64,000 nt of DNA from Vicugna vicugna (taxonomy: Eukaryota). Within the stretch, counting starts at the first letter, position 1. Each line of letters begins with the position of its first letter. Below the pieces are notes generated by a model. The model searched no databases, was not told the origin of the DNA, and saw nothing but the letters and a program-made list of their open reading frames with translations. The DNA is taken from the NCBI GenBank assembly GCA_013265495.1, contig MU061544.1, forward strand, positions 396,214-460,213, read 5' to 3'. This document shows, piece by piece, positions 34,981 through 48,505 of the stretch. The position numbers and the translations under genes were made by a program.

Positions 34981-37384
34981 AGGTTGGGAAATGAAGTATC
35001 TTGTATCATTGGCTTTCATGAGTGGAGGCAGATCTTTACTTCTCAAAACTTACAGTATTAGTCATAGAATACATGTATGAGCCCCTGTTACACAGATGTC
35101 CTATTTCTTCTGTGCACATTGAATCTCTCAGAGCAAAACAAGAGAGCCTCGACATGGGCAGTCCCTCTTCTTGATTCTATCCCACAAAAAGAAATAAGTA
35201 AGAGCCTCTTTGTAGCTCTTAGCTCAACACTAATCATAGGCAAGGGAATAATTGTAAGGTTGGATTTACACGAAAAAATGTTCTTAAAAATTATTGTGAT
35301 AAAACTTCTTAGTTAAATTAGCAAGTTTAATTAATTACCAATCAGCAAACAGTATCGTCAAGGCTATACTATCTTTTGACATCTGGAAAATCACAGAGGT
35401 GCTTCCGTTTGAAGAAAGCATATGAATAAGACATTGTATAACCATATTCCTTCAACAGGTTCACCTGATATCAAGTGGAATACTCATTTGGTGAGTGTGG
35501 AAAGATAGGAGGAAAAAAATAAACGTACAACAGTAATTATACAGAATTGCTTGGAAAATTAAAGACATATTGTTGGCCATAAGAAGTTTCTAAATTAACA
35601 AAAATTATCAAAATAGAATATAAATTGAAAGAACATATCTAGCTTTATAAATCTAGGATGCATAGGATTTTGAAAAACAATTTCTTAATTAAAATAAACT
35701 TTGATAAAGCTTTAATACTAGGACTCAAAACCTACTCTAGAAGAAAAAGCAAGACATCACAATAAGCAGTCTCTAATTTAGAGGAACTGTCCATGAACTA
35801 CTCATTCATTATCATCAGTGATGAGGAAACAGAAGCAAACACTACACAGGTCTATTTATATGTCTTCAGTCAAATGCAGGGAAGTGCTACCAATGAAACA
35901 GACACTTGTACCAGATATGTGACTCAGACAAACTCAAAATAATACCTCAGAGAAAATAATCTGCTTTATGCTCATTGGTAGAAGAAAGAAACTGGGGTTA
36001 GGCAAGCACTGAAAGAGACCTTCGTGTGAAACCAGGCAGAAAATTAAATGGGAAATTAAAAGAAGATATTGGTCAGGACCACTGGGAAATTTATTTTAAA
36101 AGACTATTCTTATAGGGGTATCTCTTTCGAAACTGGAAATACAGCCTTGAATTTAGCACTCTTTGGTTTCAAAGAAATTCTAGCACACTCTATTATATTC
36201 AGGGCTAAGGATCATTTAGCAAATTAAACCTGAGGGAAGTAAAAACAATAAAACAAAATTAATCAAAACAATATGAACAAAAAGCAACATGAGGGCATAC
36301 CTACAACAGTGCATACAAATAATAAAACAAAATGGTTGTTCAAATAGTTCGAAATAAAGGATTAACCATAGCCGTACTAGTCATCCTGGTAGCGCCAATT
36401 GTGGAAATTATTGATAAGAGCTTACATATTTTAGCAGAAATGCATATTTATATTGTGAATATACAATTAACCAATTTTTTTATTCTTTTCACTTTTACTT
36501 CTGCAGTTACTACATTTTAAGGTTTCCTTTTTTTTTCTTTATCTGAGTCCATAAAAGGATATTTCACCAAAAAGAAACTATCAAGCCCAATATAATTTAT
36601 TAGATACATTCATGCCCAAAAGAGGGATACAGTGGCCATTGGGACTGGCCAAGCTTAGTCCATAAGCCAAGACTAACATAAAAGGAGTTGAAACCATCTT
36701 CCCATCCATTCATTCCACCATTAGGCACCTCTTCAAATTTCTCTGTTGTTAGAGAACCAAGATAACATCTTATTGTTCCTGTCTGATAATCAAATTTCTA
36801 TATTGATGTCCACTATCCTCTTCTTTCAGAGGGCATTCTTTCTTTCTTTCACCATAATATTAGCATTAAAACTCAGAAACACTTAGACATGCCAAAATAG
36901 CACGACTGTGTTCATGCTTTAAGCTTCTGGCCTGAACTCTTCTCAATATGATTTATAAGCTCTTCGGGTCCATTACACTTGAAGTGTCAAGCTGAATGCT
37001 GTGGTTGATACTGACCTCAACAAGAGGCTTTACAGATTTTCAGTGCTGGGTACAGTCTCATGAGTCCTAAGGCAAGCTGGTCCCACCCAGGGAATCATTA
37101 AGAATTGCAGATTTCCTCTCCTACAGCTAATTTTGACGCCCAAAGTTCGCAGACAATGTTCATTCCTGTTTACCAACTAAAGTTGCTATTTCCTTCACAT
37201 TGTTTCTAAACGTGGCTATCACACTCCACTAAGTAGGGAAAAAATAATGAGGCACTCAGATTTTTCTCCAACATGTAGAAAGCTTGAAACATTTGCATGT
37301 CTTCCTCCTTAAAAAAAAGTCGTATTATTATCAAAAATAATTGACACAAAAAGCCTGTCTAGGCAGATCAATTTAGCAAAGTTA

Positions 37385-37505
37385 TCAAGCTCCAGGAGGG
37401 CAGGGATCATGTGTGTTTTACGACCGTTGTAACATCTCTGTTTGAAGAGTGCCTGGCACAGTGGTGCTGATAAATATTTGTTTAACAAATGGGTGGATGA
37501 ATAAA
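37385..37505 (+). mobile_element. L2 extreme 3' end
   Basis: 'aagctccaggagggcagggatcatgtgtg...agtgcctggcacagtggtgctgataaatatttgtt...gatgaat'. Confidence 0.75.
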
Positions 37506-39169
37506 TCTCCATGTTTATCTACAATTAACTCAGCACTTGATTTCTGTCTCAATCTGATCTGTATTAGACTTACTTAGTATGAACCTATCTCCACTTCTGA
37601 ATTGTTAGCTATGATCAGCAGAAGCTGTCTTTTCTAGTGTATCTCTGCACTTCAGAACCTGTAGATGAATTTGACCTTTGTCTTTTCCACAAGTGACTTT
37701 CATAGTGCTATACACATTAGGAGACACTAAAAATAAATTATCAATAAATCTGAATGAACATATGGTTATCTCTGACTGGCTGAAAGCTGTTAGCCTTGTG
37801 GAATATATTCTTTAGACTCAAGAGTTTAGTTTGTTTGCACAGTTCTTTTTTTCCTATTCCTGTCCCCAGTGCATAGGAGATGATTAACAAATATTGGCTG
37901 TTTGACTCAAAGCAGTCTAAAGTTGCTGAATATATTCTACTTTTAGAAAACTTTGTTGTTCTTACCTAACCTAACACAGAAAGGTAGTTGGCTTTCTAAC
38001 AGCATTTCCGGATTTTATCAAGATATCTTGATTCTACATCGTCAAGGCAATGAACATAGTTATTTTTTTCTTGCTTAGTTGCATAGTTATAATTTTTTCT
38101 TGCTTCCTATTAACTTTATGGAAACTGTTTTCCCCCCAGCCAAGAAGCTCAACATGACATACTTCATTCTGAAAGTGAATATGAACCAACATGATATATA
38201 TGTTTCATATCTTTCACATTTTGAAGATTTTAACCTAACTTGTCATCACTCTACGCAATGTAGCTTGAAATAATTTATATGCCAAAGATAAACAACAGTA
38301 TATTAAATGAATAGATGAATTATATGAGCTCAGACACAATATGCATAAAAGCAGTAAGCAGTATATGGGATAACTATCATGTCAAAGAGAATAGAAAAAG
38401 AGATAGTCAAAATCATACAGCAATCTCAAATCTATCAAATAAATTAAGGGGGATAGGAATGTCACACATAAACATGCAGAGATGACTGTGACTTTTTAAA
38501 CTATAGCACGGTATATTATGCATTGAAAACTGAATACAGTGTAATAGATTTTTACCGGAGGACAAGAGAATCTCAATACTTGGCTCTAAAATGTTGTGAA
38601 ATTGCAATGCAAGAAAAAAATTCAATTTTTTTGTAAATTAATTCCATTAAAGGTACAAGAAACACTTCATAGTTTTTGCAGTTTAGCTTCAGATCATTAA
38701 AATATTTTAGTTTGTTATAGAACAGTATTTTTAAATTGATTACTTGTAATTCATTATAACCTTGCTATAGTGTCTTCTGTGTGTGTGAACACAATTTGTT
38801 TTCTCACTGGGGATAGGTATATTTCCTTACATTTTTATTTTTAAACTCATTCTTTTCTCAGTTTAGGAAGTTTTTATGTAATAAAACGATGACATGCCAG
38901 ATTTGACACAATTTTCAAGTGACAACACTACACATATTCACAAAAATTTTTAATTTGATCCCTTTTCATTGTCTACATAATATTTGTACTCACTAAACCA
39001 CTGTCACTATCCAAATTTGGGAGAAGTATACCATTTCTTTCTTTTAAGGAGCAGAGATGATTTGCATAACATACTTAACTGGCTACATTTTCAGATCACG
39101 CATCAAGTATTCCACTAAATATTTTATGTACCCTTTTCAATGATCAAAAGAGTTGGTGACAAGATTCCA

Positions 39170-39265
39170 TTGTTTCAGGTAAGTAACTGAGATCACACAG
39201 CTTGTACTTGAGAGGCAAGATTCAAATCTGTGTTGCTCTGACCTCGTCTGCAAGAGCTGCTTTTC
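39170..39265 (+). mobile_element. MIR fragment
   Basis: 'aggtaagtaactgagatcacacagct...gcaagattcaaatctg' resembles the MIR core. Confidence 0.6.
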
Positions 39266-42104
39266 TATTCAAAACAATAGCCTCTGACCAGAGAGAGTTG
39301 TTGTCAGCCCTCTCTTTTTCTATTCTGTTTGACTATTTGAGTCCAATACAAGTAGACAAGTTTGTATAATTGTCTTCCTTTATGAAAATGATACATCTAT
39401 ATACAGACATATAGATTCAATCATTTATATATATCATTCTCCCAATCATATATATAGACAGACAGACAGATTCAGAGAGACAGACAGAACACCATTATAA
39501 GCAACTAAAATATTCAGGGTGACAACCCTATGGCGTGAGTTATTATACTTCTGTTCCTGACATGTTTTCAAATACTTTCCCCTAGAATACAGGCACTTTG
39601 GGGTTCAACTTCGTAACTGTTTCCTGCATCCTTTTTGTTGCCCAGTTGTCTCAGAAGATAACATGAATAATGTGTAAGTTACAAGGTCAATATCCTCCTC
39701 TCCACAAACCACCAATTGATTAAATGTCCACTGCTGCATATGTTTCTATTCTAGAGAATCAGAAGAAGAAAGGTCACTGAGAGCATTCAGAGCATTTACA
39801 CTAATACCCAGAAAGGGATGTCAGTGGGCTGGAGGGCAGTAGAAAAATAAAGGTAGACGGAGTTGATAAAATGTCTCCTCACAACATTTTTTGTTAATGC
39901 ATTACTAACTATAATGTAGAAAAAAAGTTCATCAGTTTGTGACCAAAAATTTTTTTAAAAGGGGAGCAGTGACATATAATAAAAAAGTTAGTCATTACTT
40001 AGGAAACATGGTTAGTTTATTGCTCCATAAAGTAGATTGCTGTCACCACCAATATTTTTAGAAATTAAGCAGCAGGTCAAGTAGTAACTCTACATTTTAT
40101 TTTGGTCACCTGGAAAATGGAAAAAAGTTGCTGTCTACTCCTAGAACCATTAATGAGTAGAAGAGAGTTAAATCCATTTCAGGTATAGTTTACTTCACAC
40201 ACCTTTTCAATTTGTTCTTGGCTACACTTTACAGAGTTTGTTTCCTCCAGATTCCTACCACTAAGACTTGAAAGTGGGAAGCCAAATTGATAGATAAATA
40301 CAGAGTAACATCTGACAACGAGGCCACAGCTACTCTCAGGTTATGTCCTCTAATTGCAAGAAAGCCTTGCTTGGGTGTACCTCATGGGTGAAGGAACACA
40401 CTAGAAAACTCAGAGAAAGCTTTCCAGAGAGGAACCAGAAATTCACTAAAGCCTGAGATCATTTCACCCCAGGCGGAGTTTAAAGTTAACCATTCATCAC
40501 TTTAAATAGAACGTTAAGACTGTGTGGCTTCCTTTATTTACTGCAGGGGGGAAAATCACAGCAGAAATCCATGGGGTATTTGTCTCTGTTCATAAGCATC
40601 AAGCCACTGTGAGTCTTGCAGCCTACAAGGGTTGCTCTGTACCTACTTTCTCAGTAAATAGCTTTCTCAATGGGTATTATGGAGACAACATAAGGAAACA
40701 TATAATCAGAAACGAGGTGGTTTCATTAAACGATTCAAGACTCTCTTAAGTTTTCCCCTCATGGCTGTCTGAAGCATTGATAAGTGCCTAGGCAAACATT
40801 GGCCATGGACCTGTCTTTGAAAGTAATGCCTACATATAAGTGGATGGAAATTTGAAAGTGGATACTGTTATCTAAAAAATCATAATTAGATAGAACTGAA
40901 GAGCAGAAGAAACAACATGTCATAATCCTAGAGGACTTGAGGGTAATTCAAAAACAAAATAAACTGTTATTCACAACACTTTATCAGTCCAGTGACTCTT
41001 CGAGATGATGCAGTAGATAGAGCGGGGACTAACAAAAGGCTGACAGAAGAAAGATAATCTCTCATTCGTATTCGGAAAACCTTTCAATTTTTTACTATTT
41101 ATAAATGAGAAAATGTATCTGAAATAAACTGGGCAAACGTGGTGTCTGTTCTATAGGCCTGATGGTTTTATTTGTCCCAGTTTCAACAAAAAAGTACTCA
41201 ATCGCTTGTTGCTAGTCACCAAGAGTACATTTTCCTAATCTGATGTAGAAAGAATCAAATTTGTTGCTCTTTCACCAACCTAAATCTTGTCTTTCTTAAT
41301 GTGGTCCCAAATGTATGATATTTCTGGTTCTCAAATATATTCATGCAATGCATACTTTCCACAAAAGCATGGGATCCAACCCTTAATCTCCCAAAACAAA
41401 AATGCCCTTTAATACTTTTTTTTCCCCTCTGCCACTTTTCATATATCGTGAAAAACAAACAGGCACATAAAACAAAATAAAAGGTGATAAATGGCCACAT
41501 GTTGCCAGTGTTTTATGAGATCTGCCTGCCTCAGACATCTGACATTTCATCTCACCTCTACTATTTATTAGACCCAAGAATCAATATTTATGTTATGTTA
41601 GATGATGTTTAACAAATCCTTCACGGAATAATTTTTCACAAAAAGTGCTTCTTGAAAAGGTGGGCCACTGGCTAGAATATAATTATTTGCTCTCTGATTT
41701 TCAGAGGTTCATAAATCCTAAGTTTAACATTCAAGATTTCAACATGTCCTTAATCACAGTTCTTTCTCGTGTGGATTAAATGAAAGCATTTAACAAAATT
41801 TACCTCGTCCTTTCGCATTGATGAATTTTAATTTGAAGAAATACGGCATAGTGTTATTTTGTTTCCTCTCATGAATTTCATACAGTTGTTACTCCTCCTA
41901 CATTGACAGTCTTTGTATTTAAAAAATCTCAACGTTAACATCCAATAACATTTTCTCAGAGAATATCATTGCCCAATTATATATAAAACATTAGTCATGG
42001 TGGTCTCTTCTGCTGCTATACTTAAATAATGTTGCATGGAAAGCCAATATAAATGTGTAGATCTATATACTAAACTGTTTTATCTATACACTTAAATGTA
42101 TGGA

Positions 42105-42640
42105 CACAGATATAACTATGGTTAATGAAATCAGCTCTCAGGGACCTCTGTCTCAAACAGAGATCTTTTTTTCTCAGGCAACAAGAAGCCTGGAGGAATG
42201 GAATTCAGGGACAATGTAGTTGTTTATAAAAGATATCAAGCCTACAATGTTTTTCTAGCTTCATTTTGCATTATGATTATAACATGACCTTTTAAGTCAT
42301 GGTTGCAAGATGGCAGCTCCATTACCAAGCAGCAAGACTTTGTGCGAAGTAGGAACACAAAAAAGGGCACAGGAAAAGCAAGTTTCAGGGATTTTGAATC
42401 TGCCCCCTTTCATTAAAAAAATTAGAGATTCCTTGAAAGCCCAACACACTTAATTTCTCCTCATATCTCATTGACTAGAACTTGGTTCACGTAGCCACTA
42501 GCTGCAGAGGCCCTGTGAGGAGGGGAGTATTTATAACTAGAGGCATTACTAGCCCACACATTTCTATCCCAAAGAGAATTACTGCAATTAGTACAAGAGG
42601 ACAACTGAATATTGAATAGGCAGTTTAAAGTGTCTGCAGG
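42105..42640 (-). mobile_element. MLT1 (MaLR) LTR
   Basis: 'catggttgcaagatggcagctcc', 'catatctcattgactagaacttggttcacgtagcc' and 'gaatattgaataggcag'. Confidence 0.7.
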
Positions 42641-42897
42641 ATGGATATGGGACTTAGAGATAGATGTCTAGTGATATCTCTAGATTTTCCTTGAGACAGC
42701 TTAATTTTGAGTAAGTACATTTCAGTTTGTATGCATTTTTGAATTTCAACAATAAACCATATGATTTAGCAATTCACTCTGCTAAGCGCTAAATACATTG
42801 TGTAAGACATTTATTTTTCTGCCAGGAAGGATCTTATGCATTAGGAATAGAGATGGTTAGTAATAATTTAGTATTATGCAGAATTTAATGCATTTGC

Positions 42898-42900
<3 letters not shown>

Positions 42901-42934
<34 letters not shown>

Positions 42935-43002
42935 GAACATGCGACAGACATAGAGAAAAAGAGAGAGAGAGAGAAAAAAAGAGAGAGAGAGAGAGAGAGA
43001 GG
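42901..43002. repeat. Compound (TG)15 plus (GA)n/A-rich microsatellite
   Basis: Read directly from the sequence. Confidence 0.95.
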
Positions 43003-43303
43003 TATCAATGGGAATTATGGTCTCAGATACCTTAGAAGGAGCTGGTGGATTCCAGTTCACTCTCTGGCCCAGCTTATACTCTTTATTAAGGTTTCAAGCT
43101 GTGGTCAGTGAAATGGTCTTCCTTATACATATAAGAAGTCTGGAGGAATCTCAGAGTTCTCAAAATTATCTCCAAAATTTTCCTTTTTGTTTTCTTGGTT
43201 TCCAGTTTACGCTTACCATTCCCTTTGTCCCTTTGAACCCCCTCCTATATTCTTGACAAAGGCTACTTTTATGGTTGCTATGCTTGGAGACTGTATGCTA
43301 GAC

Positions 43304-43460
43304 TTTTTTTAAGATTTTATTTTATTTTATTTTTTTGGTGGGGGGAGGTAATTAGGTCCAGGTATTTATTTATTTATTTTTAGAGAAAGTACTGGGGATT
43401 GAACCCAGGACCTCATGCATGCTAAGCATGTGCTCTACCACTTGAGCTATACTCTCCCCC
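43304..43460 (-). mobile_element. Camelid tRNA-Ala-derived SINE (Vic-1-like)
   Basis: Head GGGGAGAGTATAGCTCAAGTGGTAGAGCACATGCTTAGCATGCATGAGGTCCTGGGTTCAATCCCCAGTAC and tail 'acctaattacctcccccc'. Confidence 0.9.
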
Positions 43461-43689
43461 ACGAGACCTTATGATTTAGTTCTTCCATTCTGTTCTGATG
43501 CTAATAAGGAAGAAATGACTGTCATGGCCCACTCCTCCATCTCCTTGGCTGTACTATCTTTTATTTGGACCATAGACAGAGACAGAGAGTAACCGACTTG
43601 AAATTTGTTAAAGGTAAACTACCAATGAACTACCTAAAATGCAAATAAAGTGCTGAAAAGAAAAGCAATCAACTGATAAAGCCAATTTA

Positions 43690-43880
43690 TTTTGGCCTCA
43701 TCAGCAGCTATCCCTCAAATCCCATGACTTTATCTCACTCACTTTGGCTTCTTGGATATACTGGGCCCTGACGATCATATCTTCTTAAAATTCCATCCTT
43801 CATTAACTTCCATAACCACTATATGCTCCAGAATTTCTAACTTCCTATCCATCTGTATGTTCCTCTCAATGTCTTTCTGC
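43690..43880 (+). mobile_element. L2 ORF2 remnant
   Basis: 'gatcatatcttcttaaaatt...ttaacttccataaccactatatgctccagaatttct'. Confidence 0.5.
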
Positions 43881-45042
43881 TTATATTCAGGTAAATGATA
43901 ATAATGATAATCCAAGACTGTTTTCTGTCTCCTTGTGTCAGTAGATTCTCCACTGGCTATTTAATTCCCTTCCTGGCCGTTCAGAAATTAAGCACCTGCC
44001 AGGGCAGCTTTCAATCATGCCTGTGTTTCTTTCAGACTTTCAGGCACTTACCTGCAACCAGCATTCTATGGAAACTCTAGAGTTAACAGGAGTCCTGGGC
44101 ATTTTAAATCCCAAATCTCATGGTCTCTAAAGCAATCCCTGTGTAAAGGGCATTGAATTAAGTGGCTGAAAACTCCCATTTGTTTGAAGTACTCTCAAGG
44201 GAGTCAGTTACATTACTGCTTGGAAATGTGATCTGGCAGGTGGTTGCTGAGCAACAAAGCCTGGAATCAGCTATGGATGAGACACGCTTCCATTAAACTT
44301 TATTAACGACTCCTTGGAGTACAGAGCGTATTTAACAGGAGGCTAGATTCTAGTTAAAAATGTTAATAACAGATTAGATTGGGTTATCTGTACTAACACT
44401 ATTTTCATATTGCAAAACAGTATTTGTTAAGGTATTTATTTCTTCATTCACTCATCTATTGTCCTGACCCCAAATATCTGGATATTGTGAACTGCAACTC
44501 AGTGTAGGACAAATGCAGGAAAATATGTTAGTCAGGACCAATTTAAATTGGACCGTTTGCACTCTATACTGTTATAGCTCAATTACAGCCCTAAAAGAGA
44601 TTGATTTCTCACAAAAATACTTCTTACATATAGGCTCGGAAAGCAGAGTTTCTTGTTTTCTTATTTACCTCACAACGTCTTTTGGGTGAGTGATTAAGGG
44701 TCAAGATGGTTTTAGGTTATGTGTGGTAAATTTTATACACATTACTATTACATCAGAATTTTGTTGTTTTCCCACAATTCCACTACTCCTTGTCCCATTT
44801 TTCCCCCTGAAATTAGTACTAATATTTCCATTTAGGTGTGGAAAAAATACAAAATTTTTGGCCATTAAATTTTATTCCACAAGATGCACAGGCTCTTTCA
44901 TTTCTTCAGTAATGCCTGGATAGGGTCAAAATACCCTGGTTAGCCTTTACATGCTTAAACTTTAGCTTTGGCAAATTTATATCAAAGAGCAGTTTAATAT
45001 TTACATGATGGAAGAAATAACTACCTCAGAAAGAAAAAAGCA

Positions 45043-45450
45043 ATATTAGTCAGGATTCTTGTTTGCAAACAATAGAGACCTACTCTGGTTATATTAAGCA
45101 GTAAAAGAATTTATTGGAAGAAAACTGGATAGTTCAAAGACCTCCCTGAAAGACCTCAGGAACTGAGGGACACAAGATACAGCCAACGTCATCCCAGAAA
45201 TACTGCTGATGCTCACTACTCAAGCTGCCCTTACCATCTTCTCTGCACCACTCCACTGGGATGCTGAACTCTCCAGCCCTCAAAACCTCACACCTCACTG
45301 CCTTGTTGCTCTCTTAAATTCCACTGCAACATCTACACACATCATCTGTTATTTACAATGTGCCTTGTGTACCAATCTCAAGACACAAAGTTAGAAACAG
45401 GGAGCATGAGGGACAACCACTAAGGGATACTACCGAATACTAGTGACTAG
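45043..45450 (-). mobile_element. Old MLT1-type LTR
   Basis: 'tattagtcaggattcttgtttgcaaacaatagagacctactctggttatattaagcagtaaaagaatttattggaag'. Confidence 0.65.
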
Positions 45451-48397
45451 AAGTAACCAGAAGGGATATATTGTAATATTCCCATTGAATTTCAGTTATG
45501 TTGGAGGGGTTAACAGACTCTGAGAAATCCAAAATGTTAAATGTTTTTAGAAGTCTTCTACATAAACAATGATTCCATTTGTAACAAATGAAATGATGAA
45601 GTAACTATGGTGTTGTTTTCAAAGCTACTTTGACTTTGACCTTGTTCATGAAGAAATATTTAATCTTTGTTGATATTAACAGAAGTCAAAGTTAGCCTTT
45701 AGTATGTAATCAAAACTAATTTCTTAAACCACTCTTCTTTTGCAATCATGGAAACCCTGATAGATCTTTCAAATAATATGTTTGACATTCACTTGCAACA
45801 CCATTAGCTACTACATAACACACAATCAGGTTAAGTACTATGGATGTTTATTATGCTGTTATAACTTCTATTGTTTTCTCTGTGATTGGATAGCATTCTT
45901 TTTACGTACTTTGTTTCACATCTTTTTTTAACTCTAATATGTAAGAGATTTTTGTGCTTTAGAAGAGTAAAAAATAATTGTGTGGTCATTACAGTGCTGC
46001 GTGGCTCTTCTGATTGGTAGAAATTCTAAAGTTTTTTTCTATCAACTGTAGGGAAATTCTTTGTTTTTTGAATCCATAGTAATTTCTATTACAAACACAA
46101 CTTACATCTAAAAATTGGTATTCTGCATTGTTTGTGATATAAGAAATACGTTCATAGTTTTATCATTGACTATTTTATGAGTACCAAATGTGTACACTAA
46201 TAATAAAATGGGGAAGGTAAAAATATTTATTATAGGTTAAACTCAAAGTGGATATGTATCTCAATTTTAAGCATAAATAATATTTTAAAATTTTAGGAAA
46301 ATTTGAGGAGGGGAAGATTTTTTCCTACATAATGTTAAACAAACATGTATATGGGTATATGTGGGTATAAAATATTTATATTGTCTATACGCAAGAAATT
46401 GTTCCAAGGATTGTGAGATTAGATATGTATGTGTATAGAGAGATACATATTTCCTTTACCTTCATAACTTACCTTTATTTTTTCTTACTTGCTAAAATTA
46501 CTTATTAAATAGTTATCATATATGATCATGCAATAAGTTTCTATTTTTCATTCTGAAGTAGTTGAAACTTGTTCATTTTTTAAATAATTTGAACATTTGT
46601 CCAAATAATTTACGTATAGGACAGTGGTTTTACCAAAGTGTAGCTTATAATTGATAACTAAAATAAACTCTACAAATGTACAAAGAAATACATTGTAAAG
46701 TATTATTAGCAAGAAAAAATGCTTATATAACATTGTCTGTCAACCATGGCCAGGGCTTACAAAATCTCTCACTTGTTCTAGTTTGCAGAAAAAGTAAGAG
46801 GAAAGCATAAGGAGAACGCTTCTCTTGAAGAGAGAAAACAGAGTGTGTGGCATCATAAGAAATAATGTACATAGTAGTTACCTGCTAGAACTTTCTTGAT
46901 CACTCATTGTCCATATCTGTACTTCTCATGTTAATAAAGCAAGTCTGTAACTTTATCACTGAGAGTATTTATCTAGATGCCCAAAACCACCATATGCAAA
47001 ACCATCCATTGATCAACAATACAAATGATCAACTTTGTTTTCTCACAGTCTCTATGCAAATCCTGCTCATTAGGAAAAGAACTGAAATAAACAACAGAAC
47101 AATAACCACCACCACTACACCAAAGATGTTGGCTCCTTACTTTGGCCAATTGGCAAAATTTATCCCTTGATGATTTAATTGTGGTAATTTAAAGCTAAAA
47201 GATTTGTAAAGTTGAAAGAGAAAGTGTGTTCTACAGTTGAGGAGCACATTATAAGATAATTCAACCTAGATTCCCAAGAATATACCGCTTAATTTCAGCT
47301 ATGTCTTCTGTAAAATTTCATAATTCTGTGTTCCATTAACAGTGCAACATACAACAAATAAAACATCAATTGAAGTGTAATCTACCTCAGAATTAGAAAA
47401 ACTGCCTTTTTAATTTTTATTCATGGGACTATGTGTGCCTTTAACTTAAATACGTTCTTTATTTACACAAGTTTTCATAAAGGTGTTACAAGTATATGAT
47501 ATTTTCATCCTATGCTTCATTTTTATTTCTATTACTGCACACATAATTTCAAAGTCACTAATGATTGCTAATGTCTCTAAACTCCAGAGGTTTATTACGG
47601 CTGTCTACACAACTCACACAGAGCTGCTGTGGCACAGAACTATTTAAAGTATTTCTTTAAAGTAATCACTTTGTAATTTTATTATTTACACAATTCACTT
47701 CAATGAACATACTTCTTGTTTTTAATACTGACAACTTGCCAGACACTGTTCTAGGCACCAGGGTTGTAATGATATATAGATAGGAGTAATAAATATAGAT
47801 TACTTCAGTTTTGGTCCACTCATGGGAAGTTAGGTTTAAAAAAATTTCTCTGAAAGTGAAAAAAATTTCAGTTAAAATGACCTTTTACTGCAGTACCAGA
47901 AATAATGCAATCAGTCACTAAGCTGTTATGTTCAACCCATTAATGCAATTACCCAGTTAATAACTGCTCTATTTTTTAAGGAAGCATTTTTTTTCCTTTT
48001 TCAGTTTTATTAGAATTATTACAGTTTGACTGCACACACACATTATATTGCATGTAAATACATATATACAGTATACTGCACTTTTTTTTAGTTTACATGT
48101 ATGTACTGATTATTGTTTCTGAGAAAGATTAGAGCTTTAGCTTTTTAAACTTACATATCAACGGAATAAAGCCAATTACAAAATAAGAATCAACAGAATG
48201 ATAACTGCTCTATTTAATAGCTGAATCCAACTGATTAAAACATAGGGAAGTCTAGAACTACTCCATATCAAAGAATTAGGAAAAACTTTCAGATTATTCT
48301 GATTTTTATCTACTGCAGGCATTTGGCCTAAGTTCATCTTCCATATTGGGTGGTACACCAGTGTCACAAGTATATTTTGACAACAATATATTCTAAA

Positions 48398-48505
48398 TAC
48401 CCACTTTACAATTGAGGAAACTGAAATTTATATGGGTTATGGTACTTGCCAAGGCCACAGAGCCAGTAGTAGCAGAGCTTAGATTAGAACATTTGTCTGA
48501 CTATG
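48398..48505 (+). mobile_element. MIR
   Basis: 'cccactttacaattgaggaaactga...acttgccaaggccacagagccagtagtagcagagc'. Confidence 0.8.

Noticed and set aside
39176..39186. Perfect donor CAG|GTAAGT
   Set aside because: It is part of the MIR core sequence, and no supportable exon lies upstream
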